From Octopus vulgaris (Eukaryota), in the NCBI GenBank assembly GCA_951406725.2, contig OX597824.1, positions 38,750,001 through 38,814,000 on the forward strand: a DNA stretch of 64,000 bases. Direction: 5' to 3'. Under the pieces are notes generated by a model. That model was not told where the DNA came from. It worked only from the letters and a program-made list of their open reading frames with translations, and made no database searches. Positions 14,396 through 29,920 of the stretch are shown piece by piece. Position numbers and translations under genes: made by a program. Position 1 is the stretch's first letter. Every line of letters begins with the position of its first letter.

Positions 14396-15265
14396 GGATT
14401 ATTTAATGTGCAGTATGCGTTTGTTAAATACTAGCTGTTGCATCGATGTTTGGTTGGAAATTAGTAAATTTTAGCCACAAATCATTAAATGATTCCAGAA
14501 TCATTTCGCAAATAATTCGGAACCCTTGAGACTCAAAATCATTTGCCGACCTGTTGGATAGCCACATAGACCCCGCCCAAGGGTCAATTCCTGCTTCAGA
14601 AGAAAAAAATGTACCAATCACCAAGATCAAAATGTGGTGGAACCTGGATTCTTGGAAGAAAAAAATAGTTCCACAGTTCATACGTTATAAAAGATTACGA
14701 TATCTGAATAAAAAATCTGTCAGAATGCCTTATAAAACGGAATATTGTGTCTTTAAAATCTCCCACAGAGCAGGTGGTATATTAATGTATACTCCCAAGT
14801 CCCCAATCTAAAAGAGAATATATACATACATAAATGCATTTATACAATTATACAACATACATACATACATACATACATACATACATACATACATACATAC
14901 ATACATACATACATACATGCATACAAACATAAAACAAAGTTATTTTTTATCATCTCGCGAGCCACATTATTTTCTCCGTTCCTTCCTCGTTTTCCTCTTG
15001 GAATTTCTTCCACTATCAGACGAAGATCCCTGCTCGAATCGTTATATTTTTACTTTTAATTTTTCATTTAAAACTTTCAACGCGAGTCAAAAACTAATAT
15101 ATCCATTGTGTACGTCCATTTGACTTTTGTTGTTTTTGTGCTTGAATACGCCGTTTGTCACTGATTTACATACAAACAAACATATTATTCATGGGAACTC
15201 GCGTCTCTTTTCCATACATGCAGCATACAGATGTTCAGTCAACTAGACAACAAGCTCATTGAACT

Positions 15266-15600
15266 TTTTTTCTTAACACTCCGTCGGTTACGACGACGAG
15301 GGTCCCAGCTGATATGATCAACGGAACAGCTTGCTCGTGAAATTAACGTGTAAGTGGCTGAGCACTCCACAGACACGTGTACCCTTAAAGCAGTTCGCAA
15401 AGAGATTCAGCGTGACACAGAGTGTGACAAGGCTGGCCCATTTTTGAAATACAGGTACTACTCATTTTTGCCAGCTGAGTGGACTGGAGCAACGTGAAAT
15501 AAAATGTCTTGCTCAAGGACACAACGCGTCGCCGGGAATCGAACTCGCAACCTTACGATCATGAGCCGAATGCTTTAAACACTAAGCCACGCTCTCTCGC
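15266..15600 (-). mobile_element. tRNA-derived SINE with CORE-like centre and 13-bp TSD
   Basis: TSD AGCTCATTGAACT at 15253-15265 and 15601-15613. The centre TTGAGCAAGACATTTTATTTCACGTTGCTCCAG is shared with 14065-14395. Confidence 0.85.
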
Positions 15601-15953
15601 AGCTCATTGAACTAGTGTGCGTAGCAGCTGAATATTCTGCAGGCACTTGCTCTATTTAACATAATTCTCATGTAAAATAATCATGTCAAATTCTTTGAAT
15701 TGCCCGTACATACAGCCTACTCGGCGGGCTTCTGTACGGTCTCCGTTTATCCTAGTTTACTGATAAATGTTGGGTAATCGAAGCTGGAGTACGCACTTGC
15801 ACACAATTTTCCACGAAGGGCACTCGAACCCATCACCTCATGTTTGAGAAGAAAATTACTAAACCATTCAGCCATGCCTAATTACATAGATAACTGCTAT
15901 CTGTATATACACACATATACACCAATACACCAGTAGATAGATATATATACATA

Positions 15954-15993
<40 letters not shown>

Positions 15994-16773
15994 TATATAC
16001 ATATAAATGCATATATATCTATATATATATATATATATATATATTGCATGTATATATGCATATAAATTAATGATTGAATAAATATGCAGGACTTTGTGAG
16101 AACTGATTAAAATCGATCAAACGCTAGACTAGAGAACAATACGTTATGCCACTTTCAAGATATCTGCAGGTTTCAGAGATTCGTAGATGAAAGTTTTAAA
16201 GATTGTATGCTTAGAATTCCTGCTGAAGAGTTCATTCTATTAAATGCTACTCATATCGCAAGATCGCAGATTTTCCGTTTATGTTTTTGCCTTCACTAAA
16301 ATATTCAAATCAAATTTCTAATCGTAAGGAAGGTTAGTTTCTTTAATCCAACAATGAAGTCATATTACTTCCGTCATAACTACTAAATGAGTTTTTATGC
16401 ATTTTACACACTACTTCAAGGATATTGGTGATTAATCTCACGTAAACCTGAGGTAAAAAAAAAGAAAGAAGCTAAACGATTTTATTTTCTCTCTTTCTCT
16501 CTCACTCAATAATGAAATAATATTGTACAATTATTATTGTACATATTTTCTATTTGACGTACTTAAGATATTTAATATATTTGTTGTGTCTAATTTGCTT
16601 ATGCCAATAATTTCATCTATACCTGCTCGACCTGATCTCACTTACACCCTTTCTTTACCTTGTGGAATGATCCCCTGTAAAGACATCGGAGTCTAAGTTT
16701 GAATATTTTGAGCTCTACTGTCTTCTATACAGAGAATATCTGGATCTCATCTATGAACAATATATACATATGC

Positions 16774-17042
<269 letters not shown>

Positions 17043-17051
17043 GTGTGTGTG

Positions 17052-17353
17052 TGGAGGCGCAATGGCCTAGTGGTTAGGGCAGCGGACTCGCGGTCGTAGG
17101 ATCGCGCTTTCGATTCCCAGACCGGGCGTTGTGAGTGTTTATTGAGCGAAAACACCTAAAAGCTCCACAAGGCTTGGCAGGGGTGGTGAATCCTGCTGTA
17201 CTCTTTCACCACTCTTTCTCCCACTCTTTCTTCTGTTGGCCTGCTCGCTTAGCCAGCGGGGTGGCGTCATTCGAAGGCTAAAACAATGCGAACGCATTGT
17301 GACCAGCGATGTGTAACTACATCTGATGGTCTGGTCGGTCTCGTGATCACGTG

Positions 17354-17355
<2 letters not shown>
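17052..17355 (+). mobile_element. SINE family B, full length
   Basis: GGAGGCGCAATGGCCTAGTGGTTAGGGCAGCGG head (A box), TTCGATTCC B box, tail ending CACGTGAT. Confidence 0.9.
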
Positions 17356-17389
<34 letters not shown>

Positions 17390-17674
17390 TCGTGTGTCTA
17401 GGTGTCTGTGATTATTCCCTACCACCACCGCTTGACAGTCGGTGTTGGTTGGTTTTTGAACATGTAACTACCGGTTCGGCAAAAATCCCGACAGAATAAG
17501 CACCAGGGTTTGAAAGAAAAGTACTGGGGTCGATTCGTTCGACTAAAACTCCTCCAAACGGTGTTCCAGCATAACCGTTGTCCAATAAACTGAAATAAGT
17601 AAATGACAAAAGATAAAAGACAAACATAGAGATTAGGAATGCTAAAAACATTGAGAAATTTGTTTCTTAAAAAT

Positions 17675-18345
17675 CCTTTTCTACTCTAGGTACAAGGCCC
17701 GAAATTTTTGGAGGGAGGAGGCAAGTCGATTACATCGACCCCAGTACCTAACTGGTACTTATTTAATCGACCCCGAAAGGATGAAAGGCAAAGTCGACCT
17801 CGGCGAAATTTGCACTCAGAACGTAAAGGCAGACGAAATACCGCTAATCATTTCGCCCGGCGTTCTAATATTTCTGCCTGCTCGCCGCCGTCGAACAGTA
17901 ATATCTTTTCTACTCTAGGAACAAAACCTGAAATTTTGGGGAAGGGTCAATCGATTAGATCGACCCTAGTAAGTAACTGGTACTTAATTTATTGACCTCG
18001 AAAGGATGCAAGGCAAAGTCGACCTCGGCGGAATCTGAACTCAGAACATAAAGACAGACGAAATACTGCTAAGTATTTCCCCCGGCGTGCTAATGTTTCT
18101 TATTTATTTCTTATTTCTTTATTGCTCGCAAGGGGCTAAACATAGAGGGGACAAACAAGGATAGGCAAAGGAATTAAGTCGATTACATCGACACCAATGC
18201 GTAACTGGTATTTAATTTATCGACCCAGGAAGGATGAAAGGCAAAGTCGACCTCGGCGGAATTTGAACTCAGAACGTAACGGCAGACGAAACACCGCTAA
18301 GCATTTCACCCGGCGTGCTGACGTTTCTGCCAGCTCGCCGCCTTT
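17675..18345 (-). mobile_element. Head-to-tail cluster of three SINE family A units
   Basis: AAAGGATG(A/C)AAGGCAAAGTCGACCTCGGCG-type domain repeated at about 17777, 18001 and 18230. Confidence 0.85.
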
Positions 18346-18869
18346 GGATTTGTTTTTCAAAAATCCAACCCAAAAAGTATGACAGAGGAACAGAATTAAA
18401 AACCAAAGAAGAAGAAGAAAAAAAGTAACAAAAGGAAAATCAATGCAAAACAGCACGCACACACACACACACACACACACACGCCACACAAACACGCATA
18501 CACACACAAACACATATGTACACACTGAGCGTAAAACAATAGCAAGATGAAGAAGATGTCTAGAAATTGAGATGAAGCCAACAAATTAGGCAGGTTTATG
18601 ATATGTGGTATCATCGTATCCTGCCGACAAAATACTTGAAAGGAGTTCCTACTAATCTTTTCAGACACTCCGACATAAATTATTCACTATTCGTCTCTTT
18701 GATCTCTTTTTTTAGCTTGCCATATTGTGTGTTTATATATGTATATATATGTATATATATATATATATATTTTGTATGTATGCTTTATTCATATTGTTGT
18801 TTTTTAGCTCTTTTCGGTGTCATTCCGGTCTGTGCAAATGGTTAGTGACGTTGCTGACGTTTTGTACTG

Positions 18870-19018
18870 ATAATGGTGATGGTGGTGATGGTAGTGATGA
18901 TAATAGTAATGGTGGTGGTGGTAGTGGTGGTGGTGGTGGTGGTGGTGGTAGTGGTCGTGGAATTGCACGGTGGCAATTGGTGATAGAATTTTCGCGATTA
19001 TCATCATCATCATCATCA

Positions 19019-19056
<38 letters not shown>

Positions 19057-19109
19057 ATTAATATTATTATTATTATTATTAAAGAAACATATCTAAAAAT
19101 AAAGAAACA

Positions 19110-19166
<57 letters not shown>

Positions 19167-19177
19167 CATCATCATCA

Positions 19178-19212
<35 letters not shown>

Positions 19213-19246
19213 GTCATCATTATCATCATCATTATTATCATTATTA

Positions 19247-19301
<55 letters not shown>

Positions 19302-19370
19302 CATTATCATAATTATTATTATTATCATCATCATCATCATCATCATCATCAACATCATTATTATTATTGT
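18870..19370. repeat. Compound (GGT)n/(ATC)n/(ATT)n microsatellite
   Basis: Read directly from the sequence. Confidence 0.9.
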
Positions 19371-20889
19371 TTATTATGTGTCAGAGTGTGTGTGTGTGGT
19401 GTTATGGAATTTTGTTAGTTTCCCGTTTGCGCTAATGTAGTCAACGTATTGTGTATACTTGTACGTACGTGTCTACGTGTGTGTGTTTGTGCTTATGTCT
19501 GTGTGTGTGTGTGTGTATGTGAGCGCGTCTTTGAATTAGAAGTTATACTTGTTATGTACAGAATGTTATTTACTTTGGTGTCTATAGTACTTTGTACCAT
19601 GCGGTGGGTGAAAGCTGTTTTTGGTTGAATGGAAAGTGTTTCCCACCAACACCAGCCCCATCACCCCTCCGCAAATCATTGAATGTGATTAGTTGTGTGG
19701 GGTTTTTTTGTGTTTTTTTTTTGTTTTTTAGGTATGTTGGATAAGGTCTTTTTGTGAATACAAGACTGTTGCGTATATCATAGCTATTAGCATTCTGTAC
19801 TATTCTGCAAAACACACATACATACATACATACATACATACATACATACATACATACATACATACACACATACATACATACATGCATACATACATACATA
19901 CATACATACATACATACATACATACATGCATGCATACATACATACATACATGCATACATACATGCATGCATACATACGTACATACATACATACATACATA
20001 CATACATACATACATACATACATACATACATACATACATACATACATACATACATCATACAAACACTAACACACACAAACACAAAACGTATATCATCATC
20101 ATAATTTAACGATTCTGCCAGTTCGTCACCTTTAAGGTCCATTTTCTACACTGGAATGGGCAGGACGTCTTGACAGGAACTGGCAAGGCCGGGTCCGCAC
20201 CATGATTCCACAGTTTGTTTTGGCTTGGTTTTTACAGCTAGACACCCTTCCTGTCGCCAACCATTTTACAGAATATACTGGATGATGCTTACGTGGCACA
20301 ATCACCAGTTCTTTTTACGTGGCACCAGCACTCACACACCAATGCTTATATATATATAAAACAATAAATGTCGCCCTTTTCAAGCCTACCCAGGTTCATG
20401 GGCCCGGTTTCCCGGTTTCTGTGGGGTATGTGTTTCTCCCAACTGAGTTGGCCTACAAATGGATAGACAATATTTGAGCAATATCTCACCGTGTTGATGG
20501 TGTCTTCAAAACATTCACAGCGGAGAGACATTTTGAACACCCTGTCTGTGTGTATATATTGTGCATGTGTGTGTATGTATATATTTATGTGTGTTTGTCT
20601 CTGTGTTTGTACCCCTGGCATCGCTTGAGACCGATGTTGGTATGTTTAGCGGTTCGGCCAAAGACAACGATAGAATAAATACCTGGCTTGGTTGAATTCT
20701 TCGATTAAATGCGATGCTCCAGCATGGTCGCAGTCAAATTACTAAAACAAGTAAAAGAATAAAAGAATATATATATATGTATATACACACACACAAATAT
20801 ATATATATGTACGTATGTATATATTTATATTATATATGTATATGTATTTGTATATATTTATATTATATATATATATGTATTTGCATATA

Positions 20890-20919
<30 letters not shown>

Positions 20920-20920
<1 letters not shown>

Positions 20921-21037
20921 CACGTAATGACGTGACCGACAAGACCATCAGATGTTGGTACACATCGCTGGTACAATGCGTTCGCATTGTTTTAGCCTTC
21001 GAATGACGCCACCCCGCTGGCTAAGCGAGCTGGCCAA
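20920..21037 (-). mobile_element. SINE family B tail only (5'-truncated)
   Basis: Matches 11409-11525. Confidence 0.8.
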
Positions 21038-21074
21038 TATATATATATATATATATTTGTGTATACATATATAG

Positions 21075-21123
<49 letters not shown>

Positions 21124-21176
21124 AGTATATAATTACAGACATATATTCAAGCCCTATATAGTCAAGAACCAGATCA

Positions 21177-21208
<32 letters not shown>

Positions 21209-21315
21209 CACGAACAAAAATACAGAATACGTGACAACAATAAGAATACAAAAACGTAAAAACAATACGGTAAAAATAAAGTATATATTTGTATATTTGT
21301 ATATTCATATATAGT

Positions 21316-21346
<31 letters not shown>

Positions 21347-22274
21347 ATATATGTATATATACATACATACAAATACATGTATATCTGTCTGTGTATCGAT
21401 CGCTTTCACTTTGTGATCTTCAAACAGAATGACCGCTCAAAATATTTGATTAGAATTATGTAATATCCATATTTTTAATTAACCTAATAAAGACGCTTAA
21501 AAATATGATATTTGTGAAGAATAAATATGAGTGTTATTGGTAATACTCGTATGGTTGATTTCACGAAGTATGAGCATTTTCCCATTTGTTTCTGTGACAT
21601 TAATAGAGTATCAATCCTCATAATTACTTCGACGGTTCACTTTCGCGTCACTCAAGCTTTATGTAGTGCTCCAAGGTTAAAAGACAGAGGGAAATAACAC
21701 CTGACGAAAATAGCTAAGGGGTTGGGTGAAACACTGACTAGCATGGTGAGCATGATGCAAAATCGGCAAAGGTAGAATGCTGCACTTTGGCGTGCGGTCT
21801 ATCAGGCCATTTACGATTTAGCGTGCATTCTGAGCCCATAAGCCTATTCTTATCCCAGGTCAGGTCATTTCATAGTATAGGCTATGGATGCAGCGGTAGA
21901 CAGTACAGTAAAGTAGCACCGATCTCTCTCTCTCTTACTCCCTTTCTCTCAGTCCCTCTCAGTTCTCTCTTTATCACGCTCTGTCTCTCTCTCTGTATCT
22001 AATCCTACACACACACACACAAATATATATATATTTTTTTTTCCTCTCCCCCTTTTTTTTAACCCCCTTTTTTGTCCTCTTTCTCTCCTTTTACGATCCC
22101 TTTTGATCGAAACTCCCCCTTCCTTTTTTTTTTTTTTTTTTTAAACCTTCAAAAGAAAAGCTCTACCTTGTAATTTGTTCTATCTGTGTGCAGCCCTGTG
22201 TGGCTAATAAAGAAACATATCTATATATGCATACATATATATGTATATACCTATATATGCATATATATAGATGC

Positions 22275-22395
<121 letters not shown>

Positions 22396-23459
22396 CAGGG
22401 TTGTACTCCTCATAGGACAGTAACTTTGGAAGTTACCGCCAGGGCTAATAACAGAAAAATATGGCATACATACAATAGTTTAAATTTATCTTTTTAAAAT
22501 TCTTTGATGCCTATACAAAATGAAATGAATTCCAATTATCGAACGGAAAATATTTGTAAAAATATACTCAGGTTATTGACATAATATTACAAAGAAAGAC
22601 AAAACAACAAAAGCCTGGCACTTCGTCTGTTATGTTGATGAGGATTGCATTTGATCCATTCAACGGAACAGCATGCTCGAGAGATTATCTAGCCACTAAG
22701 TATACGTACACCCACCATCATTTATCCATTTTAAATCTGAAATACAAATACAACATTGGATGTGAGTACCGTAAATGTTAAGGTACTTAAATGGGTATTC
22801 TAAAACCAATTATAAACTGACAATTTATAATTAATGAACGAAAGGACAACACAAGTTAGGTAATGGTATTGCTTTGGCTTGGGTCTCTTAAGCCCTTGAT
22901 GGGCTTGCAGAGCTAGTCATATCATGCCTGTGCCCTGGCAATTTTAAACCTGGTGAAGCCTAACCTTCTTCCAATCTAAACCGAACCGATTTCTTCCTGA
23001 GAGGGAGGGAGGGATAGACGGAGACAGATAATTAGACAAAGATGAATCGCCCGCCGTGCAAGATTGGTCTAATATTTCAGAAGAGATGAACAACAAAGTC
23101 CACTCTGGTGATATTTGAACTCAGAGTACACACAGTCGGAGCGACATCTGCAAAGCAATGTACCTGATATTCCAATGGCTCGGCTGTGTTGCGTAATGGA
23201 GTTAAATATGTATCGGGGATGGGGAGGCGAAAGGTATGACGTTCTATTCAGCATTATTAATGAAACAATGATAAGCACATTTCATTTAAACAGTTATTTA
23301 TTATACAAGAATTAGGTTCAGGTTAAGGGTTAGGGGTTAGAGATAGTAAAGAACCAACTGTGTGTGAGTGTGTACGCACGTATAAATATATATAGACATA
23401 TATATGTATTTGCAAATGTGTACACACACACACACATATATTATATATATATATATATA

Positions 23460-23632
23460 CAGTAATCCCTCGACTATCGAGGTTGTTCCGTTCCCAAACC
23501 CCACGTAGTACTGTATATTTTTTAAAATTATTTTTATAATTTGTATGTATTTATTTTATTATAAAGGCAAAACAACACCACGGAGGAATCGACATAAGCT
23601 TAAATAATAAACCATAATTGGTTAACCTCGAT

Positions 23633-23636
<4 letters not shown>
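23460..23636 (+). mobile_element. pogo/Tigger-like MITE fragment (left TIR)
   Basis: TA-CAGTAATCCCTCGACTATCG start. Body shared with 2832-3021 (AGTACTGTATATTT...AATCGA..TAAGCTTAAATAATAA). Confidence 0.6.
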
Positions 23637-23728
<92 letters not shown>

Positions 23729-24249
23729 GTATGTATATATATATAGATGTGTGTATTTTTCACTTGTTAACAATTAACACGGAAAGAATAGATAAATAGT
23801 TACCAGTTTAACTATATATAAAGTTTCGAATATATCAAAGGAATAAAATGATATAAAATAATGTAATCTTCTCTTCAGAGTAGTGAAGAAATGAAACTCG
23901 TCAATAAGACATTTTAACAGAAAATGATGGATATGTATAGTGATTAACTGAACGCTAGTAATATTGTTTCAAACAAACTTTATAGGCTACCTCTGACGTT
24001 TATATATACATATACATATATACATAAACACGCATTTATTTAGGTTTTCTTTACTTTATATATATATATATCTGGTGTATATGTGTATTATTAGAAGAGT
24101 GAGTTAAAATCGCATGCATATGTTTATACCCCCCCCCCCCTACACCCACACATATATATATATTTTAGGTTTTCTTTACTTTATCTCTCCTCTTTCAATA
24201 GACTACCTCTGACGTTATATCCTATAACGTATTTTGAAACAATATTACT

Positions 24250-24395
24250 TTTTCTGCGCAAGACTTTCAAAGCACTAACAATGTGACCTACGCTTTCGAC
24301 CCTCTTCTCTCACATTCTACAGAGGTTCGTTGCACTTGTGGTAATCAATGCTTGATCCTAGACAGCGATGATTAGAGTGTCAGTCTTCCTTTTTA
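24250..24395 (-). mobile_element. Short fragment of the same REL-LINE family as 58130-58680
   Basis: 24250-24318 closely matches 58616-58680. The minus strand gives LIIAV.DQAL...CRM.EKRVESVGHIVSA. Confidence 0.7.
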
Positions 24396-24971
24396 GTTTG
24401 CCCTTGCCGAGCCATCTCCATGATGCTTCCTGGTCTTATTGCCATCAAAGTGACATCGGGGTACAAATATACGAGGCGCAACATACACATCATGCCTTGA
24501 TAAGGGTACACAAGGCACATGCATCACAACCACATATGCGCGACATGGTGATCTCATATCAATATAAACAGCACATAGCGTTGTAGATGGTTCCCACTTA
24601 GAATTTTCTTCAGGTCGATCAGCCCATCCCGCTCAAAAGGTCCCTGAATAAAGGTTGTTTAAGGACGTTGAACGAAACAAAAACGTTTCCAGAGGTGAAT
24701 TATTCAAACCCCTCAAAAGAATTCTTCTCAACACATGGCTATGATGATCCCCCACTACTCATGCTCGTGATCAGAGATGGACATATGGTCAGCCACTAAG
24801 GAATATGCTCAAATGGTTAAGGTCAATCAATTGACATGCAAATCTGGGGTATTGAGTAGATTATTTACTGTAGCTCATCTTTTACACAAAGACAAACCAT
24901 GTACGTGATAACACTTCCAATCAGTTAAGATTAGAAACCATGAGAGCCAGTGCCTGGTATTACATAGGATC

Positions 24972-25610
<639 letters not shown>

Positions 25611-25999
25611 ACTCAGCACCCTTATTTTCATTGCATTATCGAGCGCTGCTCTATGTGCCTTGAGCTTGTGCAGCTTAATAAAATGACCTTCTGGAAAATA
25701 TAATACTAGATATAAAAATAAACTCCGGATGGTTAAAGCTAGAAATGTTTTTAATCATTGATACGTTCACTCAGTGTTGACCTGGGGCTGAACAACGTCA
25801 GTTAACATCCGTAATAGAACGATAACCCACATAACATTGCATCCTACACTCACCCTATTCTCACAAACGAAACTCTACACTATACATCCACTATACGTCA
25901 CGCTAAATCCAGCCCGGTTTTCGTTATGTCGTTAATTTAAGGGGAATGCCTTAATGTAAATAGTTGTAAATCATGGAAACCCCATCTCGTAATCTGAAA

Positions 26000-26033
<34 letters not shown>

Positions 26034-26220
26034 GAACATATCCTCACAACTATAAGATTTACAATGTATACAAGATGTATCAGAAACATATACACATGCG
26101 TATTTATATACACAAACATACATACCTACATACATGCCTACATACATACATACATACATACATACATACATACATACAATACACATATATGCATGCATGT
26201 ATGCATACATACATACACTA

Positions 26221-26261
<41 letters not shown>

Positions 26262-26489
26262 CCAATTATAAGTGCATCTATATATGTGTGTGTGTATATA
26301 TACACACACATATATATACACAAACTCAAACACACACATACACACACACATATATGTAGATATATATGTATGTATGTATATATATGTATGGACATATATA
26401 CATGAGTATATATGTTTATTATATATAAACACACTAATATGTGCATATTTGTATATGTAATACGCACACACACATATATTACATTTTAC

Positions 26490-26520
<31 letters not shown>

Positions 26521-26686
26521 CATATATATATATGATGATCCCCCACTACTCATGCTCATATATATATACATATATATATATACATACATATATATCCCCC
26601 ACTACTCATGCTCATATATATATACATATATATATACATGATGATCCCCCACTACTCATACTCATATATATATGTATGTATATATG

Positions 26687-26720
<34 letters not shown>

Positions 26721-27160
26721 TGTATGTATGTATGTATGTATGTATGTATGTATGTATGTATGTATGTATGTATGTATACGCCCAAGTTACTGTGTGTCTG
26801 TGCGTGCGTTTGTGCGGTAACAAGAAGCTTTGCTCGGTGAAATCTGGTGTTAAGATTTCACAGGTATTAACGATAATTTCACTTCGACAGTAAAGTATCT
26901 GGTGTGTTATATATGGATCTGAACACCCTTTGGCAGCCATTACACGGTCACGTAGAATTACATGACGAGAAAATCCACACTTTTAGGTTATTCGGCGGCC
27001 AATTTAAAATTCATGTGTAGGTGACTTTTGATAAGCATAACAAATGCGCAACCGGTAAAAAGAACTTTTCACCTAATTAAATTACTTAAATTACTTAAAT
27101 TATTTTGTCAGCATTTTCTTCATTTCCTTTTTTATATATCACAACTCGTGTTCCACATCT

Positions 27161-27216
<56 letters not shown>

Positions 27217-27613
27217 CGATGTGGTTGGGTCATTGTGATTTTATATATGAAAGATTATGTGAGAAAGAGTAAATGTGTATGTGTCTGAGTATGTATAAGC
27301 GTGTGTTTATGTCTGTATGTTTGGGTATTTATGTACGTTTTACTTGTAATTTTAACTACGTATGTGTGAATGGATGAGCGTGGGTGTGAGCGTGTGCTTT
27401 TTTTTCCGCTTTGCCATATCAACTATACTTTTATTGGCATTGAATATAGATACATATGTTTAATATACACGTTACGCACTTCGTATACACACACACACAC
27501 ACACACACACATATGTATTTATATATATATGTGTGTACATATATGTATATATATATATATATATGTATGATTTTATATATGCATGTATACACACACACAT
27601 ATATATATATACA

Positions 27614-27650
<37 letters not shown>

Positions 27651-27659
27651 AAGTAATAT

Positions 27660-28067
27660 TCGTAGCCACTTCAACCCCTATCACTGTCTAGTGACGGGAC
27701 CAGCATACCAGGCTGGTTTCCGGCTATTTCTGCCTTTCTTCAGTTACTGGACACCTCGTCTGCTAGACGTCTGCAAAATCAGCGACTGTATGTTGCTTGC
27801 CTTTATATATATATATTGAGAGCAGAGGCGAGCTACTGCCATCTCTAGCAGACGATGTGTCCAGGACACAAGAGAGGCAGAAATAGCCCGAAACCAGACT
27901 GGTATGTTGATCCCATTGCTAGAAAGTTGTAGGAGTTCGCTCGTCTGCTCGGAGTATATCGGATGCAGCTGAGCATCATTAACCAGCTAGAGGAGACGTC
28001 CCCATGAGGTTAAAAAATCGCAGTAAAATTCTGCTCGGAAGGAACAGCCATGTTGAAGTGGCTACGA
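27660..28067. mobile_element. Foldback / inverted-repeat element
   Basis: Perfect 16-bp IR TCGTAGCCACTTCAAC (27660-27675) / GTTGAAGTGGCTACGA (28052-28067), plus imperfect ~90-bp inner arms at about 27677-27767 and 27844-27932. Confidence 0.7.
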
Positions 28068-28134
28068 GCATTTCTGCTAGTACAACCACTACGATCATCT
28101 CTTACAGGGATTTTAGAACTAGCTTCTTAGCTTA

Positions 28135-28265
<131 letters not shown>

Positions 28266-28302
28266 CTTGTTTGTTTTGCAAAGTAGTGGTTTTGTCTCGA
28301 AT

Positions 28303-28364
<62 letters not shown>

Positions 28365-29113
28365 CCGTAGAGAGACAGAAGTTTTGTAAAATAATAAAAA
28401 AAGATAATACAAGAAGACCAAAACTACATACGGGTGGTACGATAATCGACTAACACCAGCAAAGCTAAATGGTTGCGAAATAATCATTTAAACGAAGACT
28501 AAATTTTGATATCAAACCAACAAACTATCACACAAATAAAAAGATAGATAAATAAATAAAGAATTAAAATGAAGAGGTGTAAAAATGTTTAAGTAGTTGA
28601 TGAAAAGGCTAACATGGAGACGACGTATTTGTTGACAGTACTAGAATTAAGAGCAGACAGATTATATAATATGTCGGCTGAGATAAGCTTGAGAAGATGT
28701 GTACTACTGTGTTTAGATTTAAATGTTTAGATTCTGCTATGTTGAAAGAACGAAAACCGATTACGTCCCTTTTATTTATTCCTGTATTTATTTGTTTATT
28801 ATTATATATCTATTTGTTTTGTTTTGTTTTTCAAAAACTTGACCTTTAAGCATTGACCTCTTGTGTGAAAGGGGATAGATTTCTGAAAAGAGGGGGGCAG
28901 AGCATTTATTTCATATGCCTGCATACCTACACAAGTGCAGATTCACATACATACATGCATACATACATACATACATACATACATACATACATACATACAT
29001 ACATACATACATACATTCATACATAAAACATAACATACAAATCTGCACATGCACTGACTCAAAATTCTGCATATATACACGCATACATGCAATAATATCC
29101 CATGTGTATATGT

Positions 29114-29183
<70 letters not shown>

Positions 29184-29699
29184 TTCTGTTTATATCGTAA
29201 TAATAAACAGAAAATGTAATTGGTATATCAAGCTTTATAAAACATACACGTATTTGCTGAAATACGTGTATTACGCACCGGATTTAGCCAAACTGCACAC
29301 TATGGTCGCTCACTTCTTTGGTATTCTCAGCGAACATATACGAATATTAGCGCGCTTATTATTTTTATAACGTAACTTAAATTCCGCACTCAAGCCTATC
29401 CAGAGATAGGATAGCTTCCACCTAAGTATGCTGTGTACAGGATTGAAGCGTGGAACTTTTTATTGCCTCTGGTTACGTTCTCGCTTTTCAGCGCAATTTC
29501 ATTTTATATTTATATGATAGTTACTGTTGCGATTATAGGTAAGATCATCAAAAAATGTACTCCATCCAGTGAGAGATAAATATCATTTAATACACACGTG
29601 TACTGAGCCGGAAAGATTGCTTGGAAACACAAAGTATCTTATTATAAATCTGCCGAATCCTGTGTTTCCACAGCATGAAAGTGTTAGTAGCTTATATTG

Positions 29700-29920
29700 G
29701 CGAGCTGGCAGAAACGTTACCACGCCGGGCGAAATGCGTAACCGTATTTCGTCTGTCGTTATGTTCCGTGTTCAAATTCCGCCGAGGTCGACTTTGCCTT
29801 GCATCCTTTCGGGGTCGATAAATTAAGTACCAGTTGCGCACTGAGGTCGATGTAATCGACTTAATCCGTTTGTCTGTCCTTGTTTGTCCTCTCTGTGTTT
29901 AGCCCCTTGTGGGTAGTAAA
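29700..29920 (+). mobile_element. SINE family A
   Basis: Full head-domain-tail match to the other copies. Confidence 0.85.

Noticed and set aside
14424-14811. Overlapping 85-aa ORFs in unique sequence
   Set aside because: No recognisable domain, no convincing splice-site pair, and length compatible with chance.
23312-23341. Telomere-like TTAGG(G) repeats
   Set aside because: Only about four degenerate units, which is too short to support.
23805-23885. Minus-strand CTGAAGA...GAAAC hammerhead candidate
   Set aside because: No credible stem I and an irregular long stem II in very AT-rich DNA.
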